From Lentisphaerota bacterium (GTDB lineage Bacteria; Verrucomicrobiota; Lentisphaeria; Oligosphaerales; JABHEG01), in NCBI GenBank assembly GCA_018676675.1, contig JABHEG010000146.1, positions 1,207-65,206 of the forward strand: a stretch of 64,000 nt of DNA, given 5' to 3'. This document shows positions 45,581-56,400 of this stretch, one piece after another. The stretch's first letter is position 1. Each line of letters opens with the position of its first letter. The translations under genes and the position numbers were made by a program. The notes beneath the pieces are model-generated. The model did no database searches and had not been told where the DNA came from. It worked only from the letters and a program-made list of their open reading frames with translations.

Positions 45581-47698
45581 CTAACGTTCTGAGCCGATGT
45601 ACACGTGTACGGCCAATGGCGCGAAGTGGTCTCTGATCACACCGTCAGCAAGCGACAACGAGCGGTCTTCGAACTGCACCCGCAACGTGTCAGCCTTCAC
45701 GTCGCCGAGAGGAATAACCGCGTCGTGAGCACGGTCCGCCGGATTGACGGCAATCACGCACACCCGCCCGTCGGTTCGCTTCAGACTCACATGCACGGCA
45801 TCCTCTCCTTCGACCGGGACAGCCTTCTCCCACGTGTTCGGCCTGAGGAGGAACGGTTCAAGCTCGGCGACTTCGGTGTTCACCGCTCTCATCATATCCC
45901 ACAGCGGTGGATTTCCTTCGGGGATGTACCAGCCCGGATCCCGGAACGAGTACCACATGAGACCTCGGGCGCCGTGGGTCAGCGCCAGATAGGTCATGCA
46001 GCGGTGCTGCGCCGGAGTCACGTTCGGCTTCTTGGGCCAGGGCCAGATCTGACCGATGAACCAGAACGGCACGCGCGGCATCACGTGTTGCGCACGTTCC
46101 AGGCTGACGGCAATCTGTGTGATGGGCGCACGCCCGATCGGGTAGACATCCAGACTCATGTAGTCGGTCTGGTGCCCGTAGCGTCCGTAGGTTGTGGGTC
46201 GACAGAGGCAGGTGTAGGCCGGCCGTTCCGGATCATTTGCCCGGATGTAGGCGTAGGACCGTGCCATCTCTTCGAGTGGAACGAGCCGCCCGTCCGGTTC
46301 GTCTTGGATCATCCAGGCCAGTACACCCGGATGGGCTCGAATGCCCTCGAACTGACGTCGCCACTCGCTTCCGTTGGGGCGACCGGACCAGTAGAGAGCG
46401 ACACAGCTCTTCAGACCGGCAGCGGCGGCTTGTTCGACGCTGCCGTTGCACCAGCTCTGTGCGCGTTCCTTTGTGGGCGGAACCCCCGCGCTTGTCTGCA
46501 CACAGTTGAAGCCATGCGCCGCGACCAGGGCGTAGTCTTCAGGGGAAACATGATAGAGTCCGCGAGGGAAGAAGGGCTTGCCATTGCAGAGGACTCCATC
46601 GTCCGCGGTCATCTGCTTCGGGCGCGGCACGAGAACCCAGATGCCTTCCCGGCGCAGACTCGTTCGTCGGTCAGTTGCACCGATGGCGGAAACAGCCCAG
46701 GCGTACTCGCCGGGCTGTAGCGCCCCACTCAGATTCAGCACCACTTCACAGGCGCGCTTGGGGTCCACGGTTTCTTCCTGTACGACATTCCCGTTGGGGC
46801 CACGCACGCTGAACGCCAGGCGCAGATGATTCTCCGCTAATGGGACGTGCAGCCGGACCTTGATATCGGGGGCCGGATCTCGTCCCACCTGCCATGCGAC
46901 CGCAGAGGTGCTTGTGCCGAATAGCGGCGCCAGCAACCCGGTCGGTGACTCGGACACATAGGGAACAACATCACCGGCGAACGAGATGGTGAAGTCTTCG
47001 AACAGCTGCCCCGGGATCCGAGCCGCCTCGGCGCGCCAGAGAGCGTTGTCCGCTCCGGTCGGGACATCCACTGTCACGGTCTGTTCGAAGGTCCCCAGCG
47101 TGCTGAGTTTCGCGGCTTCAGCGCCACCGGGCAGGAAGATCTTTGCGGACGCCACTTCACCGACTCCCTCACCCTCGAGCTTCACCTGGAATCGACGGGC
47201 GCCTTCCGGGACGAAGAAGTAGATGGGAGCTGCTCTGCGAATGCAGTGGAATGGGGTTCCACCGATCTCAGCCGGGAAGGCCAGGCGGCCATTCAAACAC
47301 CGCAGCGTGTAGGCATTGCGCCGAGCATCCACCACGAGTCGGCGCACTGTTCGCGGGGTGACGGAAAACGCGATCTCCACCGTCTCACCCGGCGGCACGG
47401 TACGCGTCTCCGGTTCGGCGCTCGCGGCGTCAGCAGGCAGGAGTTTGAGCGTGAGAGGCGAGCCGTAGCGACCAATCTTCACGCATGTGGCCGCGAGTCG
47501 GATCACATCGGCATCTCCCGCGTAGACCAATGCCTCGGTGCGAAACCGGACGTGGTTCTGGGCAATTCCTGAAGGCGGTGGCGGTGGTGTGGCCCCGCCG
47601 AGAGCGGTGTAGCCCTGCTCAAGGAGTGTGTCAGCCCGTCCCACGGTCATGACTGCCAGGATGCCCATCACTCGGGCTGTATTCCGTCCGATCATCAT
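45581..47698 (-). CDS. Secreted unclassified GH-A-like TIM-barrel protein (paralogue of 25482-28007)
   Basis: NGKPFFPRGLY, GFN, LAWMIQDEP, DVYPI, WFIGQ and GARGLMWY; GGAG RBS. Confidence 0.7.
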   Translation of the reverse strand: MMIGRNTARVMGILAVMTVGRADTLLEQGYTALGGATPPPPPSGIAQNHVRFRTEALVYAGDADVIRLAATCVKIGRYGSPLTLKLLPADAASAEPETRTVPPGETVEIAFSVTPRTVRRLVVDARRNAYTLRCLNGRLAFPAEIGGTPFHCIRRAAPIYFFVPEGARRFQVKLEGEGVGEVASAKIFLPGGAEAAKLSTLGTFEQTVTVDVPTGADNALWRAEAARIPGQLFEDFTISFAGDVVPYVSESPTGLLAPLFGTSTSAVAWQVGRDPAPDIKVRLHVPLAENHLRLAFSVRGPNGNVVQEETVDPKRACEVVLNLSGALQPGEYAWAVSAIGATDRRTSLRREGIWVLVPRPKQMTADDGVLCNGKPFFPRGLYHVSPEDYALVAAHGFNCVQTSAGVPPTKERAQSWCNGSVEQAAAAGLKSCVALYWSGRPNGSEWRRQFEGIRAHPGVLAWMIQDEPDGRLVPLEEMARSYAYIRANDPERPAYTCLCRPTTYGRYGHQTDYMSLDVYPIGRAPITQIAVSLERAQHVMPRVPFWFIGQIWPWPKKPNVTPAQHRCMTYLALTHGARGLMWYSFRDPGWYIPEGNPPLWDMMRAVNTEVAELEPFLLRPNTWEKAVPVEGEDAVHVSLKRTDGRVCVIAVNPADRAHDAVIPLGDVKADTLRVQFEDRSLSLADGVIRDHFAPLAVHVYIGSER

Positions 47699-47711
47699 TG
47701 TTCTCCGCTCA

Positions 47712-50700
47712 CTATTGAGGCAGAAACCGCAGCCACCCATCCTGGGTACCGACCGGAATGACGGCTGGGGCAACCCGGTGCTCGCCGGGACGAAGGAACG
47801 CTGTGGCCTCTGCTCCCAGTTCCTGCATGCCAATCAGCGGACCGCTGGGCCCGACGACGAACACGCGGCCCGACGGGCACAGCGCGAGCACGGAGCCGTC
47901 CAGGCGGGGCCAGAGGAACTGGGCATCGTCGCCGAGATAGCACCACCAACGTCGTTCACCGGAGGCCGCGTTGAACGCGTGGAGGTAGCCGCAGACCGAT
48001 GCGCACAGGATCTGGCGTTCGCCATCGTGTTCACGCACTGCGAGCCCGTACGGAGCCCCGCCGACCTCGGCCTGCCAGAGAATCTCTCTTTCCCCGCTGC
48101 ACACCATGAGTTGCCTGTTGTTGATGTCCCGGGCCACGACGATCTCTCGCGTACCATCGCCGTCGACGTCCCACAGGCGCAGGTCCCGGATGCGCTGTGA
48201 CTCCAGTCGAGGAGCCTTCAGGCGCCCGATCTCTTTGCCGTCGGCACCGAACACGATCAACGGCCCCTCAAGGGTTGGGCCACGGGCGCCTCCGAACAGC
48301 GCGAATGTCCCCAGGTATGTCGTCGGGGTCATGGCATTGTAGATGCCGTACTTGATTACCTGCTTCCAGATCTGTTCGCCGGCCGCTGTGAACGCGTAAA
48401 TTCGGCGGTCACCATTGGAGAGCAAGATTTCCTCTTCACCGTCCCCGTCGATGTCCGCGGACGAGATTTCGTGAATGCGGCTTCGCTTGTCACTCCAATG
48501 CGAGAACGACGCTTTCTCGTAGGGGATGGTTACGCTCCAGAGAGGCCTTCCCGACGCGTCGAAGCGGGAGATCGTTCCGTTGTCTTCTCCCACGAGAAGA
48601 TGGTCACCGAGAACATGAAGCGACAGTACCCAGCTCGTCGTTTGTGCCTGCCACCGGGGGGTGCCATCGAGTCCGAAGACAGCGACGCGGCCGTTCTCAG
48701 TTCCGGCTGCGAGGCAATCCGTGCCCGTCGTCACCGCGGTGACTGCGGAGTCCGCGATTCTGATCCGTCGCCAGGGCAGATCTGCTTGCGCTGCAGAAGG
48801 CAGCCACGGCAGTGTCGTTGGCGGTTCCGTCAGGTTGGATTCAGTGGTCGGTATGGGACGGAGCCCGTCTTCGGTCAAGCTTACGTTGATCGCGCTCGTT
48901 TTCCCCGCTATGTGCCAGCCTTCGGTCGTCCGTGCGAGCTGAAAGGTCCGCTTCTCCGGGTCTTGGTTGACGTGGAGAAGGGCAGCTATCTCGACGATGT
49001 CTCCGGCTTGTACCTGGGTACGGACAATCTCCCTGCGGTCTTTCGCCCCGTGCGTGTTGGCGACGGGCGGGCCTATGCTCTGGAGGTGGAGGCAGTCGGT
49101 CTCGTTCCGGCTGACCACGCCGTCCGGCAGCGGCGTATTGTCCATGCTGCGGAAATGCCAGTTTCGTTCGACGAACGCCTCTCCGGGCTTGCGCGCGATG
49201 GCTCGATCCACCACCAGTGTCCAGGCGTGGCGCTTGCGCAGGACGTGGCGGTGCCAGTCGATCTCCCCGATTCCCTCCAGCGCAGTCCCAAGGGCGGCGT
49301 GTTGCTCGTCCAGCTGGGTTGCATAGAGCAGCCGCGCGACCCGATGGATCGCGCCGGGGCCTTGCCCGTCAAGCGCAAAGAAGAGGCCGTTCTGCTGCCG
49401 CAGGGTTGATGCCGTTGGGCCGGCATTGGTCCATTGCTGCCGAAACCACCGGTAGCCGTGGTCGCTGTAGTTCGTGATGCAGTTTGCGTCCTGAAAGGAG
49501 TGACCGCCACCGCACAGGCCGTCGACCATGAGGAAGAAATCGTCGGGGGTGAACCCGTCCCGGATTGTGGCCTTGTCGAAACACGCCTCGACCGGTGTGG
49601 TGAACCGGAAGTGTCCGCCCTTCCCGCGACCTTGCTTGACGGTGTCATACCACAGCGGCTCCAGCGGCGCGACATGGACACCAATCAGGTTCTGGCGGAC
49701 CTGAGGCTCGGTGAAGCCGCAGAACGACCGTAGATTCTCTCCGAGTACCGACGCATTGCGCATCCTCGCACAATCCGTGATGAAGGACGCGCTTCCGCCG
49801 CTGGCCATATGGGCGAGGTAGGTTGGGTCATTGGTCACCACGGACACCGCGGTCAGGTAAGTCGCGTGCGCCCCGACGGGGTAAATCATGATGCAGCGCT
49901 CAGCTGCCTCGCGCAGCGCTCGGCTCGTGAAGTACTCGTCCCTGCCTGCGGCACACGCGTACATGAGGCCGGCCAGGAGCGAGGCGCCGAACTGGTGATA
50001 TTCGTTGTCTTCAGCCGGCTTGGACGAGACCATGAGCGGCGCGAAAACGTTGTCTGCCATGATCATCCAGCGAGTGGCTTCCTCCACCCCGTAGCGCCGG
50101 TGGAAGTAGCGTCCCAGCCAGTACCCGTCGAGAGCCCGACCGAGAGGGTGGTTGCTGTACAGGAGCCACCGGGCTGAACGGAACTGACGTGGTCCCTCCC
50201 GCGAGCACCCGAGCAGGAGGAATTTCTCATCGATGGATCGACGTTCTTCCCTGCTGAAGAACGGGTGGTCGGCCAGCAGGTCCCAGGGCACGAGAACGGC
50301 GTCGATCACGCTGTGGCTCGATGGGAGTCGCCCCTCGTGGTACTTCTCCCACTCGAACACATTGTGCTCAAAATAGTAGAGCAGTTCGCGCCTGAAATGC
50401 TCCAGGTATCCCTCGTCGCCGGTTCGCAGATAGCCCATCGCCGCCTTGCCCATCTGCTCAAGATAGGTCCAGCTCCCCAATGGGCCGATGTGGTCCCAGA
50501 TGCTCGGATCAGCGCTCTTGTACTTCGATGTCCAATCCCTGATTCTCTCGGCGTTCTCACCAAGCTTAACGATGTTCGTGTACTCGAGGCGCGGTTTGCA
50601 GCGACGGACGAGCTCGGTTGCGGAATGGGCAGCAGTGGCGATGTCCTCGGGGTAACTCCCTCCGACCATGAGTACGTGTGCCCCGGTCCCAAAGGGGTCG

Positions 50701-51638
50701 CGAATCGTCCGGATGACATGGCCCCCTCTGCCGGGCCACGCGTAGTCGGTGAAATCGTAGCCCGTGAGGTACAGCTTGCGCCCAAGCTCACTTTCGGTCA
50801 GGTTCCCCAGGACCAGTATCGGGCCTTTGCCGAGGGCTCTAACGTCCACGTCATCCTTCACCATTGCGGGACGGTGTCCCGTGCGTTTCTCCACCGCGTC
50901 CGCAAGGGCCGCAGCCGCCTGTCGGAGCCTGGGATCCGCGGGGCAGCTGATGGCGCAGTCCGGAGACGCAAGGTCAAGCACCAATGGCGCCAGCGGCGTC
51001 AACGGCAAGCTCTTTTCCGCGGGAGGCGTCTCAGGTAAGGGCTTGAGTCTCTCGTCTATTCCCGGCTCCGGTACCGGTTCCGGTGCCGGCCCCAGATAGT
51101 TCACGGTGATGTCGTCAAACCACATGGTGTCGGTGTGGGCCCGGTTGCCGTTCGCGGGGTTGAGGCGGAGCTCGCACTGCGTGGATGTCGGGCTGGTGAC
51201 AAAGGTCTGTGTCGTCGTGCGCCATTGGCCCAGGGTTGGCTTCTTCATGAAAGGAAAGTAGAAATAGACGAGCCGTGTCTTTGCGTCGCGTTTGGCATCG
51301 TAGGCGATCACGGTCAGGCCGCCGTTGCGTGAGCCCTTGCTCCGGGCGGAGAAGGTGACCCTATACTGGGAGTCGGGCGCGACTGGGAAACGGGTCAGGA
51401 CCGAAACGTATGCCGTGTCGCTGCCATCAGAAATCTTGAAACACGCTTTTCCCCCATGTTGCTGCTCTTGATCGATGGTCCCGACCTGGTCCGAACGCCA
51501 CCGTTCCCGCCCTTCCTCGAAGTCTTCCGTGAAGACAAGGTCGGGGGCCGTCTCGGGCTTGGAGTCCACACCACGTGCCGTCATGGTGCCCAGGAGGAGC
51601 ACCATTGCTGCGGGGAAGAGGCTGCACAGGATTTTCAC
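47712..51638 (-). CDS. Large secreted protein: CBM-like + helical lyase-like core + C-terminal PQQ-type beta-propeller
   Basis: Signal peptide after a probable GTG start at 51638; MWFDDI CBM end; SNH and GHSFQDAN motifs; DIDGDG and DVDGDG repeats; G..RW propeller blades. Confidence 0.68.
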   Translation of the reverse strand: MKILCSLFPAAMVLLLGTMTARGVDSKPETAPDLVFTEDFEEGRERWRSDQVGTIDQEQQHGGKACFKISDGSDTAYVSVLTRFPVAPDSQYRVTFSARSKGSRNGGLTVIAYDAKRDAKTRLVYFYFPFMKKPTLGQWRTTTQTFVTSPTSTQCELRLNPANGNRAHTDTMWFDDITVNYLGPAPEPVPEPGIDERLKPLPETPPAEKSLPLTPLAPLVLDLASPDCAISCPADPRLRQAAAALADAVEKRTGHRPAMVKDDVDVRALGKGPILVLGNLTESELGRKLYLTGYDFTDYAWPGRGGHVIRTIRDPFGTGAHVLMVGGSYPEDIATAAHSATELVRRCKPRLEYTNIVKLGENAERIRDWTSKYKSADPSIWDHIGPLGSWTYLEQMGKAAMGYLRTGDEGYLEHFRRELLYYFEHNVFEWEKYHEGRLPSSHSVIDAVLVPWDLLADHPFFSREERRSIDEKFLLLGCSREGPRQFRSARWLLYSNHPLGRALDGYWLGRYFHRRYGVEEATRWMIMADNVFAPLMVSSKPAEDNEYHQFGASLLAGLMYACAAGRDEYFTSRALREAAERCIMIYPVGAHATYLTAVSVVTNDPTYLAHMASGGSASFITDCARMRNASVLGENLRSFCGFTEPQVRQNLIGVHVAPLEPLWYDTVKQGRGKGGHFRFTTPVEACFDKATIRDGFTPDDFFLMVDGLCGGGHSFQDANCITNYSDHGYRWFRQQWTNAGPTASTLRQQNGLFFALDGQGPGAIHRVARLLYATQLDEQHAALGTALEGIGEIDWHRHVLRKRHAWTLVVDRAIARKPGEAFVERNWHFRSMDNTPLPDGVVSRNETDCLHLQSIGPPVANTHGAKDRREIVRTQVQAGDIVEIAALLHVNQDPEKRTFQLARTTEGWHIAGKTSAINVSLTEDGLRPIPTTESNLTEPPTTLPWLPSAAQADLPWRRIRIADSAVTAVTTGTDCLAAGTENGRVAVFGLDGTPRWQAQTTSWVLSLHVLGDHLLVGEDNGTISRFDASGRPLWSVTIPYEKASFSHWSDKRSRIHEISSADIDGDGEEEILLSNGDRRIYAFTAAGEQIWKQVIKYGIYNAMTPTTYLGTFALFGGARGPTLEGPLIVFGADGKEIGRLKAPRLESQRIRDLRLWDVDGDGTREIVVARDINNRQLMVCSGEREILWQAEVGGAPYGLAVREHDGERQILCASVCGYLHAFNAASGERRWWCYLGDDAQFLWPRLDGSVLALCPSGRVFVVGPSGPLIGMQELGAEATAFLRPGEHRVAPAVIPVGTQDGWLRFLPQ

Positions 51639-52043
51639 GTCAATACCCCACTGTTTGTCCGGGTCAGGATTCACTTCCCTGCAATGTAGTCCGGGTCTCA
51701 TGGGCTTTCTGCCCGGGGAATGCTGGGCACAGGGCTGTTCGGTTCTGACGGACAGAGGCGTTCTCTTGCTTGTATCGCGCACCGCCCCGGGGCGCGTCTG
51801 GTCTCGGTCGGGGGTCGCCCGAGGTACTCCGGGCTCTCCCAGTGCTCAGAATGAAGCAGCCCTGTTGAACGGGCTTGCGAGCGGGTCTCCGCTGCCCTAT
51901 CGTGCTCCACACGCCCGAGGCAAATCCATGAGAAGGGCAGAGCCGCCCTGGGCGAACTAGATACGCTAGATACGAATGCCGAAAGCAGGCACTTGGATGT
52001 GCGGTCTGGGATCTTGACGTTCGGCATCTACAGGGAAGAAACC

Positions 52044-53369
52044 ATGTACGAGTCCTTTGCTCCACCCCGGATTTATGTCTGCAACGATATCGCGGAGGAC
52101 CCCGATGCGCATGAACGCACCCAACGAATCATCGCTGCCTATCCAGACAGCGACATTGTGCGTTTCGACCAGCAGGACGTCGGTGACCTGATCGCGTGCC
52201 ATGGCCTGGCGGCCAAGCGTCCAAGGATGGGCGTGAAGGACGTCGGGCCGCCTTCGCTTTTCCTGACGGTGTCGCGGTTCACCGGGCCTGACGAGAGCGC
52301 ACCCGAGGTGGCAGCTGTCTGCCGGGACGTTCCCGACGCAGACCGGCGGATGGTGATGTTTCTCCTTGGGCTGTACCCGTGGCACGGTGTGTGGCTGGGA
52401 GGCATGAAGCACGAAGGCCGCAGCGAGATGGGGTCCGACATGGTCTGCCGGCCGGCGTGGCGCCTGAACACGATGCTCGGCTGTCCACACCACTGCGTCT
52501 ACTGCAGGTTCGGTGAGCTGATCCCGATGTACGTCAACATGGGAGAGTACTGCCGGCGGCTGACTGAGCTAATGGCGGCCAATCCCTGGCAAACGACCTA
52601 TCTCTACGACGACGCGTCTGAAGCGCTCTTCCCGGAGCCTGCCCTCGGAGCGATCGAGGCGATGATCGGCTCCTGCAAGCAGTTCCCGGACCGGCACCTG
52701 GTCATCCATACCAAGAGCGCCAATGTCGACTTCCTGCGCGACATCGACCACCAGGGACGCTGCACCATGACCTGGAGCCTGACGTCAAGCCTGCAGAGCC
52801 GTGAAGTCGAGGCATTCTCAGCCACCATGGAAGAACGCATCGAAGCCGCGCGTAAGTGCGCATCCTGGGGGTACCCGGTGCGGGTCAAGTTCAAACCGAT
52901 TGTGCCGTTCACGGGCTGGCGAGATCATGCCCGGGAGATGATTCGCGAGTTGATGTCGGTGGAGCTCGACAACATCAGCCTGTTCACGATCGCCTGGATG
53001 GATGTCGACGAACTCAAAGCCTGCTTTCCCGTGGACCTTCTGGATCAAGACTTCCTTCGCGCGGCTGAAGAAGCCAAGGAGGACATGAAGAACCGCTCGG
53101 TGCGGCCATATCCGCACCACGTGCGGGCGGAGATCTACCGGTTCTATGTCGAGCAGATCCGTGCGCTCAACGCCGATGTGCCCATCACGCTCTGCACCGA
53201 AGCGCTTGATATGTGGGAGGAGATGGCCCCGCTGACCGGGCAGAAGCCCAGGACGTTCGTGTGTGGCTGCGGCCCCATGACGGCTCCCGGTTTGAGATGC
53301 CTGTCAGCCGATCCCTGGCGCGATGTGAAACCTGTGTCCGTCTGGGACGAACCCCCTGACAAGGAGTGA
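52044..53369 (+). CDS. Radical SAM protein, spore photoproduct lyase-like family
   Basis: GCPHHCVYC (CxxxCxxC), TKSANVD, WSL, ERIEAA....WGYPV..KF.PI and ITLC.E. Confidence 0.82.
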   Translation: MYESFAPPRIYVCNDIAEDPDAHERTQRIIAAYPDSDIVRFDQQDVGDLIACHGLAAKRPRMGVKDVGPPSLFLTVSRFTGPDESAPEVAAVCRDVPDADRRMVMFLLGLYPWHGVWLGGMKHEGRSEMGSDMVCRPAWRLNTMLGCPHHCVYCRFGELIPMYVNMGEYCRRLTELMAANPWQTTYLYDDASEALFPEPALGAIEAMIGSCKQFPDRHLVIHTKSANVDFLRDIDHQGRCTMTWSLTSSLQSREVEAFSATMEERIEAARKCASWGYPVRVKFKPIVPFTGWRDHAREMIRELMSVELDNISLFTIAWMDVDELKACFPVDLLDQDFLRAAEEAKEDMKNRSVRPYPHHVRAEIYRFYVEQIRALNADVPITLCTEALDMWEEMAPLTGQKPRTFVCGCGPMTAPGLRCLSADPWRDVKPVSVWDEPPDKE

Positions 53370-53443
53370 CCGTGACGCGTGCTTCGGACATCGCCTGAAG
53401 CCGCTGTCTCAATGCGCCGCAATTGCGGAAAAAGGGAGCAACC

Positions 53444-56400
53444 ATGCCGAATGTGTCCACCGTCCTTCGTCTGCCTGTTTTTGTGGGTGTTCTCTGGCTT
53501 GCCTGTCTGGGTGGCCTGCACGCCGATGCGGCAGAGCTTGTGGGGCACTGGGCATGCGACGGACTGGACGACGTGGCCCTCATCGACTCCTCGCCCGCAG
53601 CTCGGGACGGGGACCTCCTGGGCGCGCGCCGAGCGCGAGGAGCTTTTGGCACTGCGTTGCACTTTGATGGCAAGAACGCATCGGCCATTCTCCCCGTTCT
53701 CCCCGAACTTGACGGTTCGGACGCCCTGACTGTGCAGGCCTGGGTCCTGTGGGAAGGCACGGGTCGCTACCCGAATATCCTCACCGGCGGGCAGTGGAGC
53801 CCGGGGGGCTTCATGATCTTTGTCCGCGATCGTGAGTGCTCCTTCCGCATGGGGCGTCCCGGACACAAGCACGGTCGGCCCGGCGATCAATGGTTGGAGG
53901 TCGGTGTGCCGTTTCTCAAGGAACTGCCCCTGCGGCGCTGGGTGCACCTGGCTGCGGTTTTTGAGCGGCCTCGCATCACGACCTACGTCGATGGCAAGCA
54001 GGTTGCTACTTCACGCTGGGACCATTGCGTGGGGGTTGCCGGTGATATGAAGCTCGGGAAATGGTTGGGTCACGAAACCCACTCGGGTCTCATCGATGAT
54101 GTGAAAATCTATGCCGCCGCACGGACTCCGGCGCAGATCGCCGCGGACATCGCCGCGACCAACGCCGGTCGTGAATCGACCGCGTATGAAATCGTCAACA
54201 TCGATGTATCGGCTTTGCCGCGTCTGGCGGTGCTCGAGAACAAGCTGGCTCGACTCGAAATCGGGGAGCGTGGGCGGATCCTCAGCATCACCGAACGTGA
54301 GTCGGGACGCGAGCTGCTGGACAGTCCCGCGCCGCTAGCCACGGTCACCGTCGGATCATCGAGACTGGTACCCCGCAGCTGTACCCGGATCGGAGACCGT
54401 TTCGATATCGTCTTTTCACGCAACAAAGGCTCAGCCTCTCTGCGGGTTACGACGGCGGAGACCTACTTCCGCATTGAGGTGCTGGGGGTCAAGCCTGAGA
54501 CGGCGACCTCGATAGGGTTGCTTCCCATCGTCCCAACGTGTTCTGAGCGGCGCGGGGCCATGGCCAGCATGGCTTCGGACGAGGCCTCCGGCATCTGCAT
54601 CCGCGCTCTGAACCTGCAGACCAATGTTGCTGCACCTGTTCCCGGGCGGGCGTTCTCGGCGTCCGCCTCCGGGACTTATGGAATGGTCGGTGCGAAGGTT
54701 GCGCTCGTGGCCGGGCCAATCGGGCATATGAAGGAGGCCCTTCAGCAGGTTGCGTTAGAGGAGGGCATCCCGGTGTCGCGTCTTGGAGGGCCGTTCAGCA
54801 TGGACGCCGAAGCCAACCGCGGGTCCTATGTTTTCGCGCATGTCACCACAAAGAACGTGGACCGCTGGATCGAGACCGCTCGCCGCGGGGGATTTGACTG
54901 CATTCACTTCCAGTCCGGTTGGCACAAGTCACTCGGGCACTATGAGATCAACACGAGTCGTTTCCCCAAAGGTATGGACGACCTGAAAGCCACCGTGGAC
55001 CGGATCCATGCTGCAGGCCTCCGGGCCGGCATGCACACGCTCACCGGCTGCATCTCGACGCGTGACTCCTGGGTGAGCCCCGTTCCCGACCCCCGCCTGA
55101 AGGCAGACGCTTCCTACACGCTGGCCAAGCCCATCGGTGCAGCGACTGACGTCGTCTACGTGAACGAATTGCCCGCGAAGCACGATGTCGTCTGGACCTA
55201 TTCGAGCGATGGTAACGCGTTGCGGGTGGGCAGTGAGATGATCCAGTACGGGGCGGTCGTGAGAGAGAAGCCCTACGCATTCATGGAGTGTAAACGCGGG
55301 GCGTTCAAGACCGAGGCGTCTGCCCATCCGACAGGCACAGCCGTCGATCACTTGCTGCAGCGCTATCTCGCGTTCTATCCGGACGAAACCACCGATTTGG
55401 TGGGCGAGCTCAGCGACTGCATTGCCAATGCGTATAACACCTGCGGATTCGACCAGATCTACCAGGATGGTTCTGAAGGGATGCGCGGCTGGCATCCGGT
55501 GGCCGTGATACGTTCCGAAATCTACAGACGACTCAAGCGACCGGCCTTGGTCGAGGCGAGCTGCGGGGGACACTTCAGCTGGTGGTTTCACTCACGACGG
55601 GGTGCTTGGGACCACCCCAAATGGGCGCCGAAGCGCTTCACCGACCGTCATGTTGAGTCTGTGACCCGCTGGCGCACACATGATCTGCTTGAGCCGCACA
55701 TGGGATGGTGGGCACTGATCGGTCCGTCATCGCACCATCGCGGCATGTTCCCGGACGAAGTGGAGTACCTGGTTGGCAAGACGCTGGGGATCGATGCATC
55801 CATGTCCGTGCAAGGTGTGCGTGTGGACGGCCGGAAAGCGAACGCGCGACAGGAGGAGTACTTCACCCTCCTGGGCTGGTACGAGAAGCTGCGTTTGGCC
55901 CGATGGTTCGATGATGCCACACAAGCACGCCTCAGGGAGCTTGGCGCCGAGTTCCGCCTGCGCCAGGACGACCGCGGGAGCTGGCAGTTCTATCCGCTCC
56001 AGGCGAGCAAGCACCGGGTCACAGCGATGGGGAACGGGAGCGAAGCGTGGATGGTCCGCAATCCATACGGCAAACAGCCCCTGCGTGTCCGCCTGGAGGC
56101 GCTGTACGCAGTGGATCCCTACGATTCGCCGCGGGGAACGGAGATCACTGACTTCGCGGGTGTAGCGACCGCCTGGACACTGCAGGAAGCCAAGGGTGTC
56201 TCCCAGGCCGTGAACCTGACCACCGATATGGTCAAGGTCGGGGCACAGAGCCTGCAGATCACCGCCCGAAACGAAACAGAGACACGACGCGGAGCCTGGA
56301 CTCGGGCACGGCGCACCTTTGAGCCGTACCTGAATCTAGGCCCTGCCAAGGCGCTCGGCTTCTGGGTGCATGGTGACGGAAAAGGGGAGGTCCTGAACCT

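Noticed and set aside
36155-49511. Identical GGGHSFQ heptapeptide in two lyase-like proteins
   Set aside because: It occurs in different domain contexts, with different codons and no flanking similarity; most likely coincidence.
52044-53369. Annotation as splB or as a canonical anaerobic sulfatase maturase
   Set aside because: No sporulation context or evident H-donor Cys for SplB, and no multi-Cys SPASM domain typical of anSME.
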